From assembly GCA_964016885.1 (NCBI GenBank), contig OZ024748.1:52576001-52640000 (forward strand): a stretch of DNA of 64,000 nucleotides, read 5' to 3'. Positions within the stretch are counted from its first letter, which is position 1. Every line of letters begins with the position of its first letter. The position numbers and the translations under genes were made by a program. The DNA is from Eledone cirrhosa (Eukaryota). Positions 39,820 to 53,444 of the stretch are shown here, piece by piece. The notes beneath the pieces are model-generated. The model did not search any database, was not told where the DNA came from, and saw only the letters and a program-made list of their open reading frames with translations.

Positions 39820-40690
39820 CAATGATGATGATGTTGATGATGATGTTCGTAATGACAATCATGATGGTGGTGGTGATGATAGTGGTGGTGGTGATGGTGT
39901 TGGTGGTGATGGTGGTGATGATAGTGGTGGTGATGATGGTGGTGGTGATGATGGTGGTGGTGATGATAGTGGTGGTGATGATAGTGGTGGTGGTGGTGAT
40001 GGTGGTGGTGGTGATAGTGGTGGTGGTGGCGGTGCTGGTGGTGGTGGTGGTGATGGTGGTGGTGATGATGGTGGTGGTGATGGCGGTGATGATAGTGGTG
40101 GTGATGATAGTGGTGGTGATGATGGTGGTGGTGGTGGTGGTGGTGATGGTGTTGGTGGTGATAGTGGTGGTGGTGGTGGTGCTGCTGGTGGTGGTGGTGA
40201 TGGTGGTGGTGATGATGGTGGTGGTGATGGTGGTGATGATGGTGGTGGTGATGATAGTGGTGGTGATGATGGTGGTGGTGATGATGGTGGTGGTGGTGAT
40301 GGTGGTGGTGGTGGTGATGGTGGTGGTGATAGTGGTGGTGGTGGTGATGTTGGTGAGTGTGGTGGTGGTGATGATGGTAGTGGTGGTGGTGATGGTAGTG
40401 GTGGTGATGATGGTGGTGGTGATGATGGTGGTGGTGGTGGTGATGGTAGTGGTGGTGGTGGTGATAGTGGTGGTGATGATGGTGGTGGTGATGATGGTGG
40501 TGGTGGTGGTGATGATAGTGGTGGTAATGATAGTGGTGGTGATGATAGTGGTGGTGGTGGTGATGATAGTGGTGGTGATGATAGTGGTGGTGATGATAGT
40601 GGTGGTGATGATAGTGGTGGTGGTGGTGATGATAGTGGTGGTGGTGGTGATGATGCTGGTGGTGGTGGTGATGATAGTGATGATGAAGCT
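39820..40690. repeat. (GGT/GAT)n trinucleotide tract
   Basis: Direct reading. Confidence 0.95.
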
Positions 40691-40913
40691 AGTACAATGG
40701 TACTAATGTGACTCAAGTAAGGATCATATTAAGGTACTAGTCATATATATACAACATTATTGCTACTATACACTACATACTAATACATACCTTAAACACA
40801 TCCAAAGGAAAGATGCTCACCTGAATGGCAATATATCAATTACCAACACTAGATTACACTTCACCAATTTCCTCTCTTTGCCACGTTGATTGATATTATA
40901 ATGGCTTTTATTG

Positions 40914-41231
40914 TGGTGAATTGGCAGAGTTATTAGAACATCAGATAGAATACTTTGCAGCATTTGTTTCAATTCTCTGCTCTTTGAGTTCAAATCCTGC
41001 TGAGGTCACCTTTGCTTTTCATCCTTTTCAGATCAATAAAAATATACTATTGAAGTACTGGGGTCTATTCGTCCTCTATATTTCTTTCTCACCTCTATCC
41101 TTTGCTAGAAGAAATCTGCTGTTTTCCGACCTAGAGACATGGGCTCTGCCAGGTTTTAAAATGCCCTAGAAATGCCACATGCCAATACGATGCCCCTACG
41201 GCGCCTTCAGAAGGTACAGGACCATACATAC
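40914..41231 (+). mobile_element. SINE family D, near full length
   Basis: tRNA-like head ttggcagagtt...gagttcaaatcc, ctttgcttttcatcc domain, 3' ggctctgccagg...ggaccatacatac. Confidence 0.75.
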
Positions 41232-41261
41232 AAGTTACTGATAATACTTGGGGTTTAGGAT

Positions 41262-41597
41262 ATCATCATCATCATCATCATCATCATCATTTTTTACATC
41301 CGCTTTTCCCTGCTTGCAAGGGTGGGACGGGAACTGATTCTGGCTTGATTTCTACAGCTGGATGCCCTTCCTAACACCAACCTCATTTACAGTGAGTGCT
41401 GCGTGCTTTTTTGCCGTGGCACCTCCACGACCACTTTGCAGTGGAATGATATGGACCCCAGCCCCTATCATCTCATTTCTACAGCTGAGTAAACTGAAGC
41501 AATGTGAAATAAAATGTCTTGCTCAAGGAAACAACACATAGAGATGAGAAATATGGAAATTTTTTAACCTGTTATTTAAAAGTTGAAATCTGGAGAT
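41262..41597 (-). mobile_element. SINE family A variant (B-box region replaced)
   Basis: Reverse complement of 48602-48927. Confidence 0.88.
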
Positions 41598-42029
41598 AAT
41601 AAATTATTGATGTAACAACGGATGTTGGTGTCAGATCATTATATCATTACTGAAAGACATTGGAATCTGTCTGACCTGACTAAAAATATGATGCATGATG
41701 TATAGAAATTTTCAGGTGGTCTTTTTTCTTTTTTCTAATTTCTTCTTTTTTTTTTTTGTCACTAAAGGACTGAAGCAACATGTTTGATTTAAATGAAGCA
41801 GGAGTGTGTGAAATCTAATACCCAACCTCTTCTAAGATTAATGAGGGGTATAAATGATGCCATATGACAAACAACTTGGATGTAGACAATTCTAAGCTAG
41901 GTTAAAGTAAGAATAGAATGGAAAGATATATAATTTGCTATTCAGATCTTAACTTTTTTCTTATATTACACAAATTCTGCTTATTAGAGAAAACAAAATA
42001 TCCCATATCCTAAAATATAGAATTTAGAA

Positions 42030-42688
42030 CAATAAGTGTTTCTGATTTAAGCTCAAGGCCAACAATTTTAGGGCAGGGTTGGGGGAGTCAATTAAATCAA
42101 CCCCAGTACTTTATTTTATCAACCTTGTAAGGATGAAAAGCAAATCTAACTTAGGTGAAATTTGAACTCAGAGCGCAAAGGGCCATAACTCTATGCCACA
42201 AACTGTATTGTCTGATGCTCTACCAATACTGCCAATCCACCACCCTAAAAATTTAGAACAATAATGAGATATACTAACTTAACAAGATTGCTATTGTATT
42301 TTATTTTTAATTATATATTTCATATACTAATAATTGTTTTACTTTTGGCACAAGGCCAGCAATTACCCCAGCGCATTACTGGTACTTTATTTTATCGACC
42401 CCCGTAAGGAAGAAAGGCAAAGTTAACCTCGGCGGGATTTAAACTCAGAATGTAAAGGGCCATAACTCAATGCTGGAAAGCATGATGTCTGACGCTCTAC
42501 TGATACATAGTAATAATTGCTTCTACTTTTGGCACAAGGCCAGCAATTACCATAGTGCATTACTGGTACTTTATTTTATCGACCCCGTAAGGATGAAAGG
42601 CAAAGTTAACCTCGGCGGGATTTGAACTCGGAATGGCAAGGGCCGTAACTCACAGCATGACGTCCGACCCTCTACCGATACTGCCAAT
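42030..42688 (-). mobile_element. Cluster of three family B SINEs (42030-42245, 42328-42510, 42512-42688)
   Basis: Each has aaggatgaaaggcaaagttaacctcggcgggatttgaactc-type sequence. Confidence 0.88.
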
Positions 42689-42917
42689 GTTTGGTCCATT
42701 ATAATTTTTCAGAGATCTACAATTTCTAGGCAGGAAAATAATGTTTTATGTGACATATTTTTTCTTTATGGAATCTGTTTCTTTACCAAAATAAAACAAA
42801 ACTTGATTTTAAAAATAGCAATAATAAAAACAACTAATAAAACAATAATAATGACAATTATAACAACAATACTGCTTGTTAATAATGTCAGTGGTGGTGG
42901 TGGTGGTGGTACTAGCA

Positions 42918-43292
42918 AGGGGGAGAAGGGGAGGAGGAGGAGGGGGAGAAGGAGGGGAGGAGAAGGAAGTGGAGGAAAAAGAAGAGTAGGGGAAGAAGGG
43001 AGAGGAGGAGAAGGAGAAGGGAGAGGAGGAGAAGAGCGAGGAGAAGAAGGGAGAAGGAGGAGAAGGGAGAAGGAGGAGAAGAAGAGAGGAGAAAAAGAGA
43101 GGAGAAGAGAGAGGAGAAAAAGAGAGAGGAGAAGAAGGGAGAGGAGAAGAAGAGAGAGGAGAAGAAGAGAGAGGAGAAGACGAGAGAGGAGAAGAAGGGA
43201 GAGGAGAAGATGAGAGCGGAGAAGAAGGGAGAGGAGAAGAAGAGAGGAGAGGGGGAGAAGGTTAAAAAGGAAGAGGAGGAGGAAGAGGAAGA
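42918..43292. repeat. Polypurine tract with ~15-bp gaggagaagaagaga units
   Basis: Direct reading. Confidence 0.92.
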
Positions 43293-43405
43293 CAACAACA
43301 ACAACAACAATAATATCTCAATTTATCATTTGATTTCACTTAAGAAACCACAGAACTATTGTTACAAAGATTCTATTAAACAACTTAACATTTAAAATAT
43401 AAATA

Positions 43406-43445
<40 letters not shown>

Positions 43446-43458
43446 TATATATATATAT

Positions 43459-43489
<31 letters not shown>

Positions 43490-44610
43490 TTAAAATATAT
43501 ATATATAGTTATAATATATATATACATATATTATATATATATATATAGGAAAGAAAAAAAGAATAAATAGGAAGAAAAAAAAAAATTCAATTTGCCAAGG
43601 AAAATAATCCTTCATTTGAATGCTGAAGGAAATCCCCAAAGAAAAAGAAAAAAAAAAAACGAACATTTCATGAGGGTCTTAAAGAATTTGGTGAGAATTA
43701 TCCCCCTGCTGTTATTTCAGTTGAGTCAGAAGGTACTTTATGACAGAACAACCATTCACTTCAGGAAATCTAATTAAGAAAGACATGGGCTGAATCTCTA
43801 GAGATATTGTGTGTTCTAGTTAAAACCAAAAAAACATGCCTGCTCAGATCATTGAAATTGAGATAAACTCATTATTTTAATCAGTGTTTTTGTAATGGAA
43901 TTCATTTTGTAATTATATCTGTTTCGTAACTTATGTTTTCCAAATTCACAGCTGTAAATAATGCTCATTGCTGGTACCACTTAAAAATTATCAAAGTTAG
44001 GCTGTTTTCACCCCCACACTTCTACGGTCTCTGGTTTTCTCTCACTCAATAAACACACATATATGCATGCATGCACATACACGCACTCTCTCACTCTCAT
44101 AGACATACAGACACACATGCTCATACACATACACACACTCTCTCTCACACACACACACACACATGATTCTTATGTTTCAAAATAAATATATAATTATTCA
44201 CATATTGGACTCATTTAGTTTGACTATTTGATATTTACATACTTTTCTTTCTTCCCCTTCCCACAATAATGATTGTATTAGAGAGAGAAGGGGGAGGAAG
44301 AGAGGGAGAGAGAGGGAGAAAGGAAGAGAGGGAGATGGAAGGAGAAAGAGAAAGGAAGGAGAGGTGAGTGAGAGAGAAAGAGAGGGGGAAGGAGTGAGAG
44401 AGGGTGAATGAGTGAGAGAAAGGGGGAATGAGTGAGAGAGAAAGGGGAAATGAGTGAGAGAAGGGGAAGGAGTGAGAGAGGGAGAGAGAGACCAGCCCAA
44501 GACATACAACAACAACTAATACAACAATATATACAGATTGCTAACTTACTGAGCGGAACAACATGTCCAATATATAATCCTTAAGAAAGTTCTCTTATTG
44601 GGCATTGTGA

Positions 44611-44793
44611 TTGGCAGTATTGGTAGAGGGTTGGATACCATGCTTTGATGCATAGAGTTACGGCCCTTGCCATTCTGAGTTCAAATCCCGCCGAGGTTAA
44701 CTTTGCCTTTCATCCTTACGGGGTCGATAAAATAAAGTACCAGTAATACACTGGGATAATTGCTGGCCTTGTGCCAAAAGTAGAAACAATTAT
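44611..44793 (+). mobile_element. SINE family B, full length
   Basis: ttggcagtattggtagag...gagttcaaatcccgccgaggttaactttgcctttcatccttacggggtcgataaaat...gtagaaacaattat. Confidence 0.9.
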
Positions 44794-44807
44794 TAGAGTC
44801 TGTCACA

Positions 44808-45372
44808 GTGGAGATGGTGGTGGAGATGGTGGTGGTGGTGGAGATGAAGGTGGTGGTGATAGTTGTGGAGGTGGTGGTGGTAGTAAAGATGGTGGTGGTG
44901 GTAGTAGTAGTTGTGGAGATGATGGTGGTGATAGTTGTGGTGGTGGTGGTGGTAGTTGTGGAGATGCTGGTGTTGATAGTTATGGTGGTGGTAGTGGTGG
45001 TGGCAGTGGTGGTGATGGTGGTGGTGGTGGTGGTGGTGGTGGTGGTAGTTGTGGAGATGCTGGTGTTGATAGTTATGGTGGTGGCAGTGGTGGTGATGGT
45101 GGTGGTGGTGGTGGTGGTAATAGTTGTGGAGATGGTGGTGGTGGTAGTAGTGATAGTTGTGGTGGAGGTGGTGGTTATAGTTGTGGTGATGGTGGCGGTG
45201 GTTGTGGTGGTAGTGGAGGTGGTGGTGGTGGTAATAGTTGTGGAGATGGTGGTGGCGGTAGTAGTAGTGATAGTTGTGGTGGAGGTGGTGGTTATAGTTG
45301 TGGTGATGGTGGCGGTGGTTGTGGTGGTAGTGGAGGTGGTGGTGGTGGTGATAGTTGTGGAGGTGGTGGTGG
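44808..45372. repeat. (GGT/AGT)n tract with internal duplications
   Basis: Direct reading. Confidence 0.93.
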
Positions 45373-45559
45373 GAGGAGTGAATGTAGAAGTAAAAAACAA
45401 CTGAAGAAAAATATTCCAACTGATGTTCAGTGTGACTTCATAAACCTTTTGACATTACATGTTTTGACTAAGTCTTCTAGTTTACTCTCCTCTGCCTCAC
45501 TCAAATACTTATTTGGGAGTATTGTGTCTACATAATGCTATATTTTTAGATTATTATTT

Positions 45560-46092
45560 GAATTGGCAGTATTGATAGAGGGTCAGACATGCTTTCCAGC
45601 GTAGTTACGTTCCGTTACGATCTGAGTTCAAATCCCGCCGAGGTTAACTTTGCCTTTCATCCTTACGGGGTCGATAAAATAAAGTATCAGTAATGTACTG
45701 GTTAATTGCTGGCCTTGTGCCAAAAGTAGAAACAATTATTATTTACTGGAGACCAACAGCATAGAGTTATGTCCCTTTACATTCTGATTTCAAATTCCGC
45801 CAAGGTTAACTTTGCCTTTCATCCTTACAGGTCGATAAAATAAAGTATCAGTAATGTACTGGTTAATTGCTGGCCTTGTGCCAAAAGTAGAAACAATTAT
45901 GATTTACTGGAGACCAACAGCATAGAGTTATGTCCCTTTACATTCTGATTTCAAATTCCGCCAAGGTTAACTTTGCCTCTCATCCTTACGGGGTCGATAA
46001 AATAAGCTACCGGTAATGCACTGAGGTTGATTTAATTGACTTTCCGCTTCCCCTTAAATTGCTGGCCTTGTGCCTAAAGTAGAAATAATTAT
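45560..46092 (+). mobile_element. Three tandem family B SINE copies, including a ~160-bp tandem duplication
   Basis: tttactggagaccaacagcatagagttatgtccc is repeated at ~45743 and ~45903. Confidence 0.88.
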
Positions 46093-46490
46093 TTTCTGAA
46101 GACTATGAACAGTCATTTTTTTAATTGTTTTATTAACATATTTCTAAAAATAAGATACTACTAAAAGTTGAAGGTGTGTGGCACACTGGTGATGGTGGTG
46201 GTGGTGGTGGAGGTGATGATGGTGGCAGTGGTGGTGGTGGAGGTGATAATGGTGGCAGTGGTGGTGGTGATGATGGTGGCAGTGGCGGTGGTGGTGATGA
46301 TGGTGGCAGTGGTGGTGGTGGTGATGATGGTGATGAGTGTCCTCTTAGAGAAGGAAAAGTGGAAATAATGAAATGGATTGATGGAGGAGTTTGTTTAGAG
46401 TTTGGGAGAATGAAAATGTAGACTTTTATGGTAATCTATGATAGGAAAGAAAGTTTTGGAGTGAGAGGATCCCCAGGAGGAAAAGTCATA

Positions 46491-46670
46491 TAATTGTTTC
46501 TACTTTAGGCACAAGGCCAGCAATTACCCAGTGCATTACTGGTACTTTATTTTATCGACCCCTGTAAGGATGAAAGGCAAAGTTAACCTCGGTGGGATTT
46601 GAACTCAGATCGTAAAGGCACGTAACTATGCTGGAAAGCATGGCGTCCAACCCTCTACCGATACTGCCAA
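46491..46670 (-). mobile_element. SINE family B with 12-bp TSD
   Basis: aagtcatataat at 46483-46494 and 46669-46680. Confidence 0.9.
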
Positions 46671-46879
46671 GTCATATAATGATTGCTTCAGAGATAGAAA
46701 CAAAATATCTGCCAGTCATGTGAGGCAATGGAATAAAATGCATTGGTTTGTTTCAAGTGATACTACTAAATTCTAAAGATGAAACTCTTTAAATAAATAA
46801 AACTCCAGAATATCTAGAGCCGTTTGAAGACTACTGAAAGAATTGGTTTTAAGTAAATGATTTGAGAAAGGAGAGATTA

Positions 46880-47004
46880 TAATTGTTTCTACGTTAGGCA
46901 CAAGGCCAGAAATTACCCAATGTATTACTGGTACTTTATTTTATCCACCCCGTAAGGATGAAAGGCAAAGTTAACCTTGGCGGGATTTGAACTCAGAATG
47001 GCAG
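46880..47004 (-). mobile_element. 5'-truncated SINE family B with 14-bp TSD
   Basis: ggagagattataat at 46870-46883 and 47005-47018. Confidence 0.9.
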
Positions 47005-47482
47005 GGAGAGATTATAATGAATTATCAACAGTTTTTCTGGTAGTGTGTGAAAGAATTTCAACTTTGGGCTGCAAGCTCAGAAAAGTATTAGCAAATAATG
47101 GTTTCTGATTTAGGCACAAAGCCAACAATTTTTGGGGCAGGGGAAAGTCAATGTTGATTAAATCGACCCTGGTGCATTACTGGTATTTTATTTTATTGAC
47201 CCTGTAAAGATGAAAGATCAAACTAACCTTCATGTGATTTGAACTCAGAAAGTAAAGGAACACAGATCTGTGTCACGAACATAAATATAGTTAGTAAAGC
47301 AGCCAAAGACAATAAATGTATTAATGGGACAGCTCTAATAATTTATGTATAAAATGACTATCAATCAATGATACAAATAGAAGTGTTTGCCTAAGTATTT
47401 ACTTCAAACTTTTAAATAGAATAATCACAAAATTGTTCCTTAACTTTTATATATAATATACATACAAAAATATAATATACAT

Positions 47483-47543
<61 letters not shown>

Positions 47544-47544
47544 G

Positions 47545-47780
47545 TAGAAGGTGAGTAATATTGTAGAACAATAAAACTATGCATATATGTATGAGATAAG
47601 TAGCACTCAACAGTTGGTAAAACTGGAGTATATATAATAAAGAGAAATTAAAAGATGGTTAAAATTTATTATTTTATCTGATGAGAACACATTTGTCCCA
47701 GTATGATTTTATATTCGAAATGCGCATAATAAAATATATGGAACTCTTTTAACCATCTTTTAATTCCTCTTTATTTTATA
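47545..47780. mobile_element. Fold-back insert with hammerhead and tail in (TA)n, same family as 22831-23255
   Basis: Tail gtagaaggtgag...agcactc...ctggagtata. Short inverted arm aaaagatggttaaaa / ttttaaccatcttt. Confidence 0.8.
47670..47736 (+). ncRNA. Type I hammerhead ribozyme
   Basis: tattttat CTGATGA gaa...ttc GAAA tgcgcA TA ataaaata. Stem I is a perfect 8 bp and stem II closes with G-C. Confidence 0.82.
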
Positions 47781-47828
47781 TATATATATATATACATATA
47801 TATATAAGTATGTATATATATATCTATA

Positions 47829-48165
47829 TCATCATCATTGCATTTTACGTCCGCTTTTCCCTGCTTGCAAGGGTGGGACGGTAACTGATGCTGGCTTCAT
47901 TTCTACAGTTGGATGCCCTTCCTAACATCAACCTCATTTATAGTGAGTGCTGGGTGCTTTTTTGCCGTGGCGCCTACACGACCACTTAGCAGTGGAATGA
48001 TAGGGACCCCAGTCCCTATCATCTCATTTCTACAGCTGAGTAAACTGGTGCAATGTGAAATAAAGTGTCTTGCTCAAGGAAACAACACATCACCCGGTCT
48101 GAGAATTTAACTCACAACCTTTCGATTGCAAGGCCAATGCTTTAACCACTAAGCCATGTGCTTCC
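47829..48165 (-). mobile_element. SINE family A, full length
   Basis: Reverse complement of 38759-39094. Confidence 0.92.
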
Positions 48166-48191
48166 ATGTATGTATATATATATTTATATAT

Positions 48192-48322
48192 ATAATTGTT
48201 TCTACTTTTGGCACAAGGCTAACAAATACTGGTACTTTATTTTATCGACCTCGTAAGGATGAAAGGCAAAGTTAACCTCGGCGGGATTTGAACTCAGAAT
48301 GGCAAGGGCCGTAACTCTATGT
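48192..48322 (-). mobile_element. SINE family B fragment
   Basis: Family B core sequence. Confidence 0.85.
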
Positions 48323-48562
48323 ATCAAAGGCTGATACAGCCAATCCAGCCCCCTTCAATCAGTTGTAATAAAATAGCTCATTATATATTTATATATATAA
48401 TAAGCTATTTTATAACAACTGACTGTAATTGCAGTTATTTTCTCTGCCTGAGCTTTTGTACATATTCTAAACTCATTTCCTCGGAGCTTAGTAAGTTTGA
48501 AGATTTGAACTTCACACATGTTTGTTTATATATACATATACATACAATATATATATATACAT

Positions 48563-48927
48563 GGAGGCACATGGCTTAGTGGTTAGAGCATTGGCCTTGC
48601 AATCTCCAGATTTCAACTTTTAAATGACAGGTTCAAAAATTTCCATATTTCTCATCTCTATGTGTTGTTTCCTTGAGCAAGACATTTTATTTCACATTGC
48701 TTCAGTTTACTCAGCTGTAGAAATGAGACGATAGGGACTGGGGTCCCTATCATTCCACTGCAAAGTGGTCGTGGAGTGGCCACGGCAAAAAAGCACCCAG
48801 CACTCACTGTAAACGAGGTTGGTGTTAGGAAGGACATCCAGCTGTAGAAATCAAGCCAAAATCAGTTCCCGTCCCACCCTTGCAAGCAGGGAAAAGCGGA
48901 CGTAAAGCGATGATGATGATGATGATG
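48563..48927 (+). mobile_element. SINE family A variant, full length
   Basis: Normal A box. 48603-48660 replaces the B-box segment, and the rest matches family A. Confidence 0.9.
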
Positions 48928-49299
48928 ATATATATATATATGAATATATTTGTATATATATATATATTGTGTGTGTGCGGGGGCGGGGGGGGGGGGTAAA
49001 TATATATATATATATAAACATACACACACACACTCATATATATATATATATATATAAGAATTGATAAATAAGTAAAGTCTGAATTAAGTCCAGTATTTTG
49101 AATATAACTACAAGTAGCTGAAGTATTAAGTTATGAATTATATATCATAATGTAGCTATATTTAATAAATATTTAATCAAAATTAAAATCATCCAGAAGG
49201 ATGCACTCCACTGATTCCACACTGACTTCTATAAATCTTGCACCTTTATTACCACAGTTCAGAGCCTATAATACAACCATTGTAGATCTGAAACTTTAG

Positions 49300-49315
49300 T
49301 GTACATGTATGTCTA

Positions 49316-49349
<34 letters not shown>

Positions 49350-49534
49350 TGTATATGTATGTATGTATGTGTGTATGTGTGTATGTGTGTGTGTATACAC
49401 ACATGTGTATATATATATATATATATATATACGCACATATATATATATATACACACACATATATATATATACACATGTGTATATATATATATATACACAC
49501 ACACACACATATATATATACACACATATATATAT

Positions 49535-49592
<58 letters not shown>

Positions 49593-49622
49593 GGAGAGGT
49601 AGTGAAAGGGAGAGAGATTGAA

Positions 49623-49654
<32 letters not shown>

Positions 49655-49701
49655 CAAAACGAAAGAGAGAGAGCAAGTGAGAGAATGAAAGAAAAAAAGA
49701 G

Positions 49702-49742
<41 letters not shown>

Positions 49743-49873
49743 AAGTGAGAAAGAGAGAGAGAGAGAAAGCAAGTGAGAAAGAGAGAGAGAGAGAAAGAGA
49801 GAAAGCAAGTGAGAGAGAGAGAGAGAGAGAGAGAGATAGCAAGAGAGAGAGAGAGAGAGAGAGTGAGAGAGAG
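49300..49873. repeat. (AT/CA)n followed by (AG)n microsatellites
   Basis: Direct reading. Confidence 0.93.
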
Positions 49874-50159
49874 AATTCCTTAGTGATTCAGACAGTTTCA
49901 GTTTCAGACTAGTCTAAATCACTGAAGTGACTTATAATACTGTGTTCAAAATTTGCCTTTGACTTGCATGACTCCATAATCAATAAAACTAGCAATAACA
50001 GTTGAATATGACATCAAAAGCTCAACTCTAACTATCATATTAAGTGTTTAAGTGTTTGATTAGTTGTGGCCATATCTAGTACAGATTGATCAAAGTTAGC
50101 TGGCAAGTAACAACAACAGAAGCAGCAGTTCACAGAGTATTCAGCTATTAGCATGATTT

Positions 50160-50555
50160 TTGTTGTTTAACATCTGTTTTTCCTGCTAGCAACAGTTGGA
50201 CAGCTGGACATGTCATCACAGACCAGTCAATCAGTACTGCTTAAGCTGAGTCTCTGACTTCCAAGTGGGCTGGCGGCTCAAATATTCATTCAGTAACATC
50301 ATCATTGTTGTTCAACATCTCTTTTCCCTGCTCACAACAGCTGGACATGTCATCACAGACGATTAAGTCAGTACTGCTCAAGCTGAGTCTCTGACCTCTA
50401 GGTGGGCTGGGGGCTCAAATATTCATTCAGTAACATCTTCATTGTTGTTCAACATCTATTTTCCCTGCTCACAACAGCTGGACATGTCATCACAGACGAT
50501 TAAGTCAGTACTGCTCAAGCTGAGTCTCTGACCTCTAGGTGGGCTGGGAGTTCAA
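50160..50555. repeat. Tandem repeat, 137-bp unit, ~3 copies
   Basis: cagctggacatgtcatcacagac at 50201, 50338 and 50475. Confidence 0.92.
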
Positions 50556-50644
50556 AGTATAATCCTGTGCTCTACTACAAAAAAAAAAGTCTGTCTGGAG
50601 CCCAGAGGCAAATCAAGCCAGTCTTATTCTCTAAATAACTGAGA

Positions 50645-50862
50645 GTACAAGACCCCACCATCCATAGGCAGGATGCCAGTCAATTGCAGGGTTAAACCTC
50701 CAGCTACTGTTGCTGGTACACGTTTTCAACTGAGTATACTGGAGCAACATGAAATGAAATGAAGTGTTTTGCTCAAGAACACAACACACAACCCAGTCCA
50801 GGAACCAACCCTACGAGATTATGATCGTAAGTTCAAATCCCTTACCACTCAGCCACACACCA
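50645..50862 (-). mobile_element. CORE-like SINE, same family as 36655-36930
   Basis: Reverse-complement similarity. Confidence 0.75.
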
Positions 50863-50889
50863 TGTGTTCTACCAAATGCGTTATGAAAA

Positions 50890-51025
50890 CTTGCATGTAT
50901 TAATTTCAACTCTTCTTATTAATAACTGCATTATTTCTTTCCGGGGACTATGTTGAAAGATAAACCTCATTTGGTCATTCCACGAGAGCATCTTGGTCAG
51001 CCGATAAATGTTTCTGCCGACCTTC
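50890..51025 (-). mobile_element. Mariner-type MITE fragment
   Basis: Reverse complement of 29209-29290 plus 29625-29680. Confidence 0.65.
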
Positions 51026-51552
51026 ATATCAATAGAAGTCGTCCTCATATTTCTGATTTTAAAGGTTTCACTTGGAAAGTCATCTCATAATTTAAGAACA
51101 ATGCCTCAAATATTATCCAGTTCTGAAAGTAAGGTAGTTTGAAGACAATTGGTAACATCTATATTTTCTTTTATAGTACAAGATATGTGGGGGGTGGGGG
51201 GGCAACTTCTTGTTGTTTACTTCTGTTTTGTTGTATATAATTTACAGCTTATGAAATTAATTTTTTTTTTTTTTTTTAATAATCTGTGGTGTGAGTAGAA
51301 AATTTCTCTCTAGTGAGTTTATTTTTATTTTGGGAGGTTAAAAGAAAATATGAATATATCACATATATACATCTTGTTTTTTTTTATCTTCTTGGTCCAG
51401 TAATTACTTGCATGGCTGTGGAGGTAGAGTCTTTAAACACACCTTTCAGTAGGTCCTGTCAGAAGGAACGGTCTACAATTGATACAGATATGTATGTATG
51501 TGTGTGTGTGTGTGTGTTGCCCATTCCAAATTGTAAAGTGTTCATGTAGGTG

Positions 51553-52130
51553 TCATGACAAAAATAGCACCAAGCACACACTGTAAATGTGGTTAGTATT
51601 AGGAAGGGCATCCAGCCATAGAAACCAAACCAAAATCAACCGTGTGTGAGTGAAACACAGTCCTCCAACTTGATCCCTCACAAAGGGACAGCCCATCCTA
51701 TCCATGCTAGCATGGAAAATGGATGTTAAACGATGATGATGGTAAATGAGGATGATGGTAAATGATGATGATTGTATATCTCTGGTCAACCATTGGAATA
51801 TAACACTGTGTAACATATTTTTTGTTCCCCGGTTCTAAGTGTCATTTTCTGGTTTGTTATATTCCATTATTATAAAAAAAGTACCAGTAATACACTGGGC
51901 ATTTGCTGGCCTTGTGCCAAAAGTAGAAACAATTATTATAAAAAAAACTGGCAGTATCGGTAGGGGGTCGGATGCCATGCTTTCCAGCATAGTTACGTCC
52001 CTTTACGATCTGAGTTCAAATCCCGCCGAAGTTAACTTTGCCTTTCATCCTTACAGGATCGATAAAATAAAGTACCAGTAATGTACTGGGTAATTGATGG
52101 CCTTGTGCCAAAAAGTAGAAACAATTATTA
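51553..52130 (+). mobile_element. Family C-like SINE fragment (51553-51742) and family B copies (51880-51937, 51948-52130)
   Basis: Family-diagnostic motifs. aattattataaaaaaa is duplicated around the last copy. Confidence 0.8.
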
Positions 52131-53088
52131 TAAAAAAATACTATTATTTAATCATAAGTTTGGGTTTGTGGTCAGGAGTTTGATATTTCGAAATTTTCAT
52201 ATTTTTCAATGGAATATAATCCATTCTAAGGTAGTAGTGGTACAATAATGGATTTTATAACAATCTGTGTTCAGTTACATACATGTTATACTTATATAGA
52301 CATTTGTAGCAGAGTGCATGAATGCATGTGGCATATATATGTGATTTTCTATATATGTATATGCATGTAAATTTACATGTGTGTGTTCATGAGTTACATA
52401 CGTATGCATGTATACACACTCAGATACATACACACACACACATATGCACACATACATACAGACATATGGATATGCATGTCAATATATATATATATAGATA
52501 CATACACATATCTATCCATACATACATATAGACACAGGCATACATATATGTATGTCAATATATATATATATATATAGATACATACACACACATATGCACA
52601 TATACATATAGACATATGTATATACATGTCAATATATATATATATATAGAGAGAGAGATACATACACACACATATCCATACATACATATAGACATAGACA
52701 TATGTATATGTCAACATATATATATATATAGATACATGCACATATATATAGAGATACATACACACGCATATATCCATACATATAGACACAGGCAGACGTA
52801 TATGTATGTCAATATAAATATATATTTATATATATTTTTAGATAGATATATATTCATGTATGTACATAAATATATACAAATTTAAATGTGCATCTGTATG
52901 TGTATACACATCATCATCATCATCATCATCCTGTATATGGAATCTAAGACTCTATTGTTATATGTATTTCATCAAAGTTTTTTTTTTTTTTTTGTATTTT
53001 TTATGAAGTTCAAAACAGTAATAACATTCCTGTCAAAGAGAAAATTTGGAACACGCAAATGGTTTGTATCAGTAGAAATCATAAAAAC

Positions 53089-53248
<160 letters not shown>

Positions 53249-53391
53249 GGTGTGTCAACGCAGTTCCTTGCGATGGAAATATTAATTTAGAAATTAGAGA
53301 GAGAAAGCTAACTGAATAAGTGGGTTTTATGAAACAATATTTGAATATAAGAAATTATTGGAGATCTTCACACAGCAGAGAAATATAAATG

Positions 53392-53444
<53 letters not shown>

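Noticed and set aside
39690-40716. Gly/Asp-rich, Val-rich and Pro/Ser-rich overlapping ORFs (also 18789-21669 and 44681-45535)
   Set aside because: Several frames on both strands are open only because GGT/GAT repeats lack stop codons.
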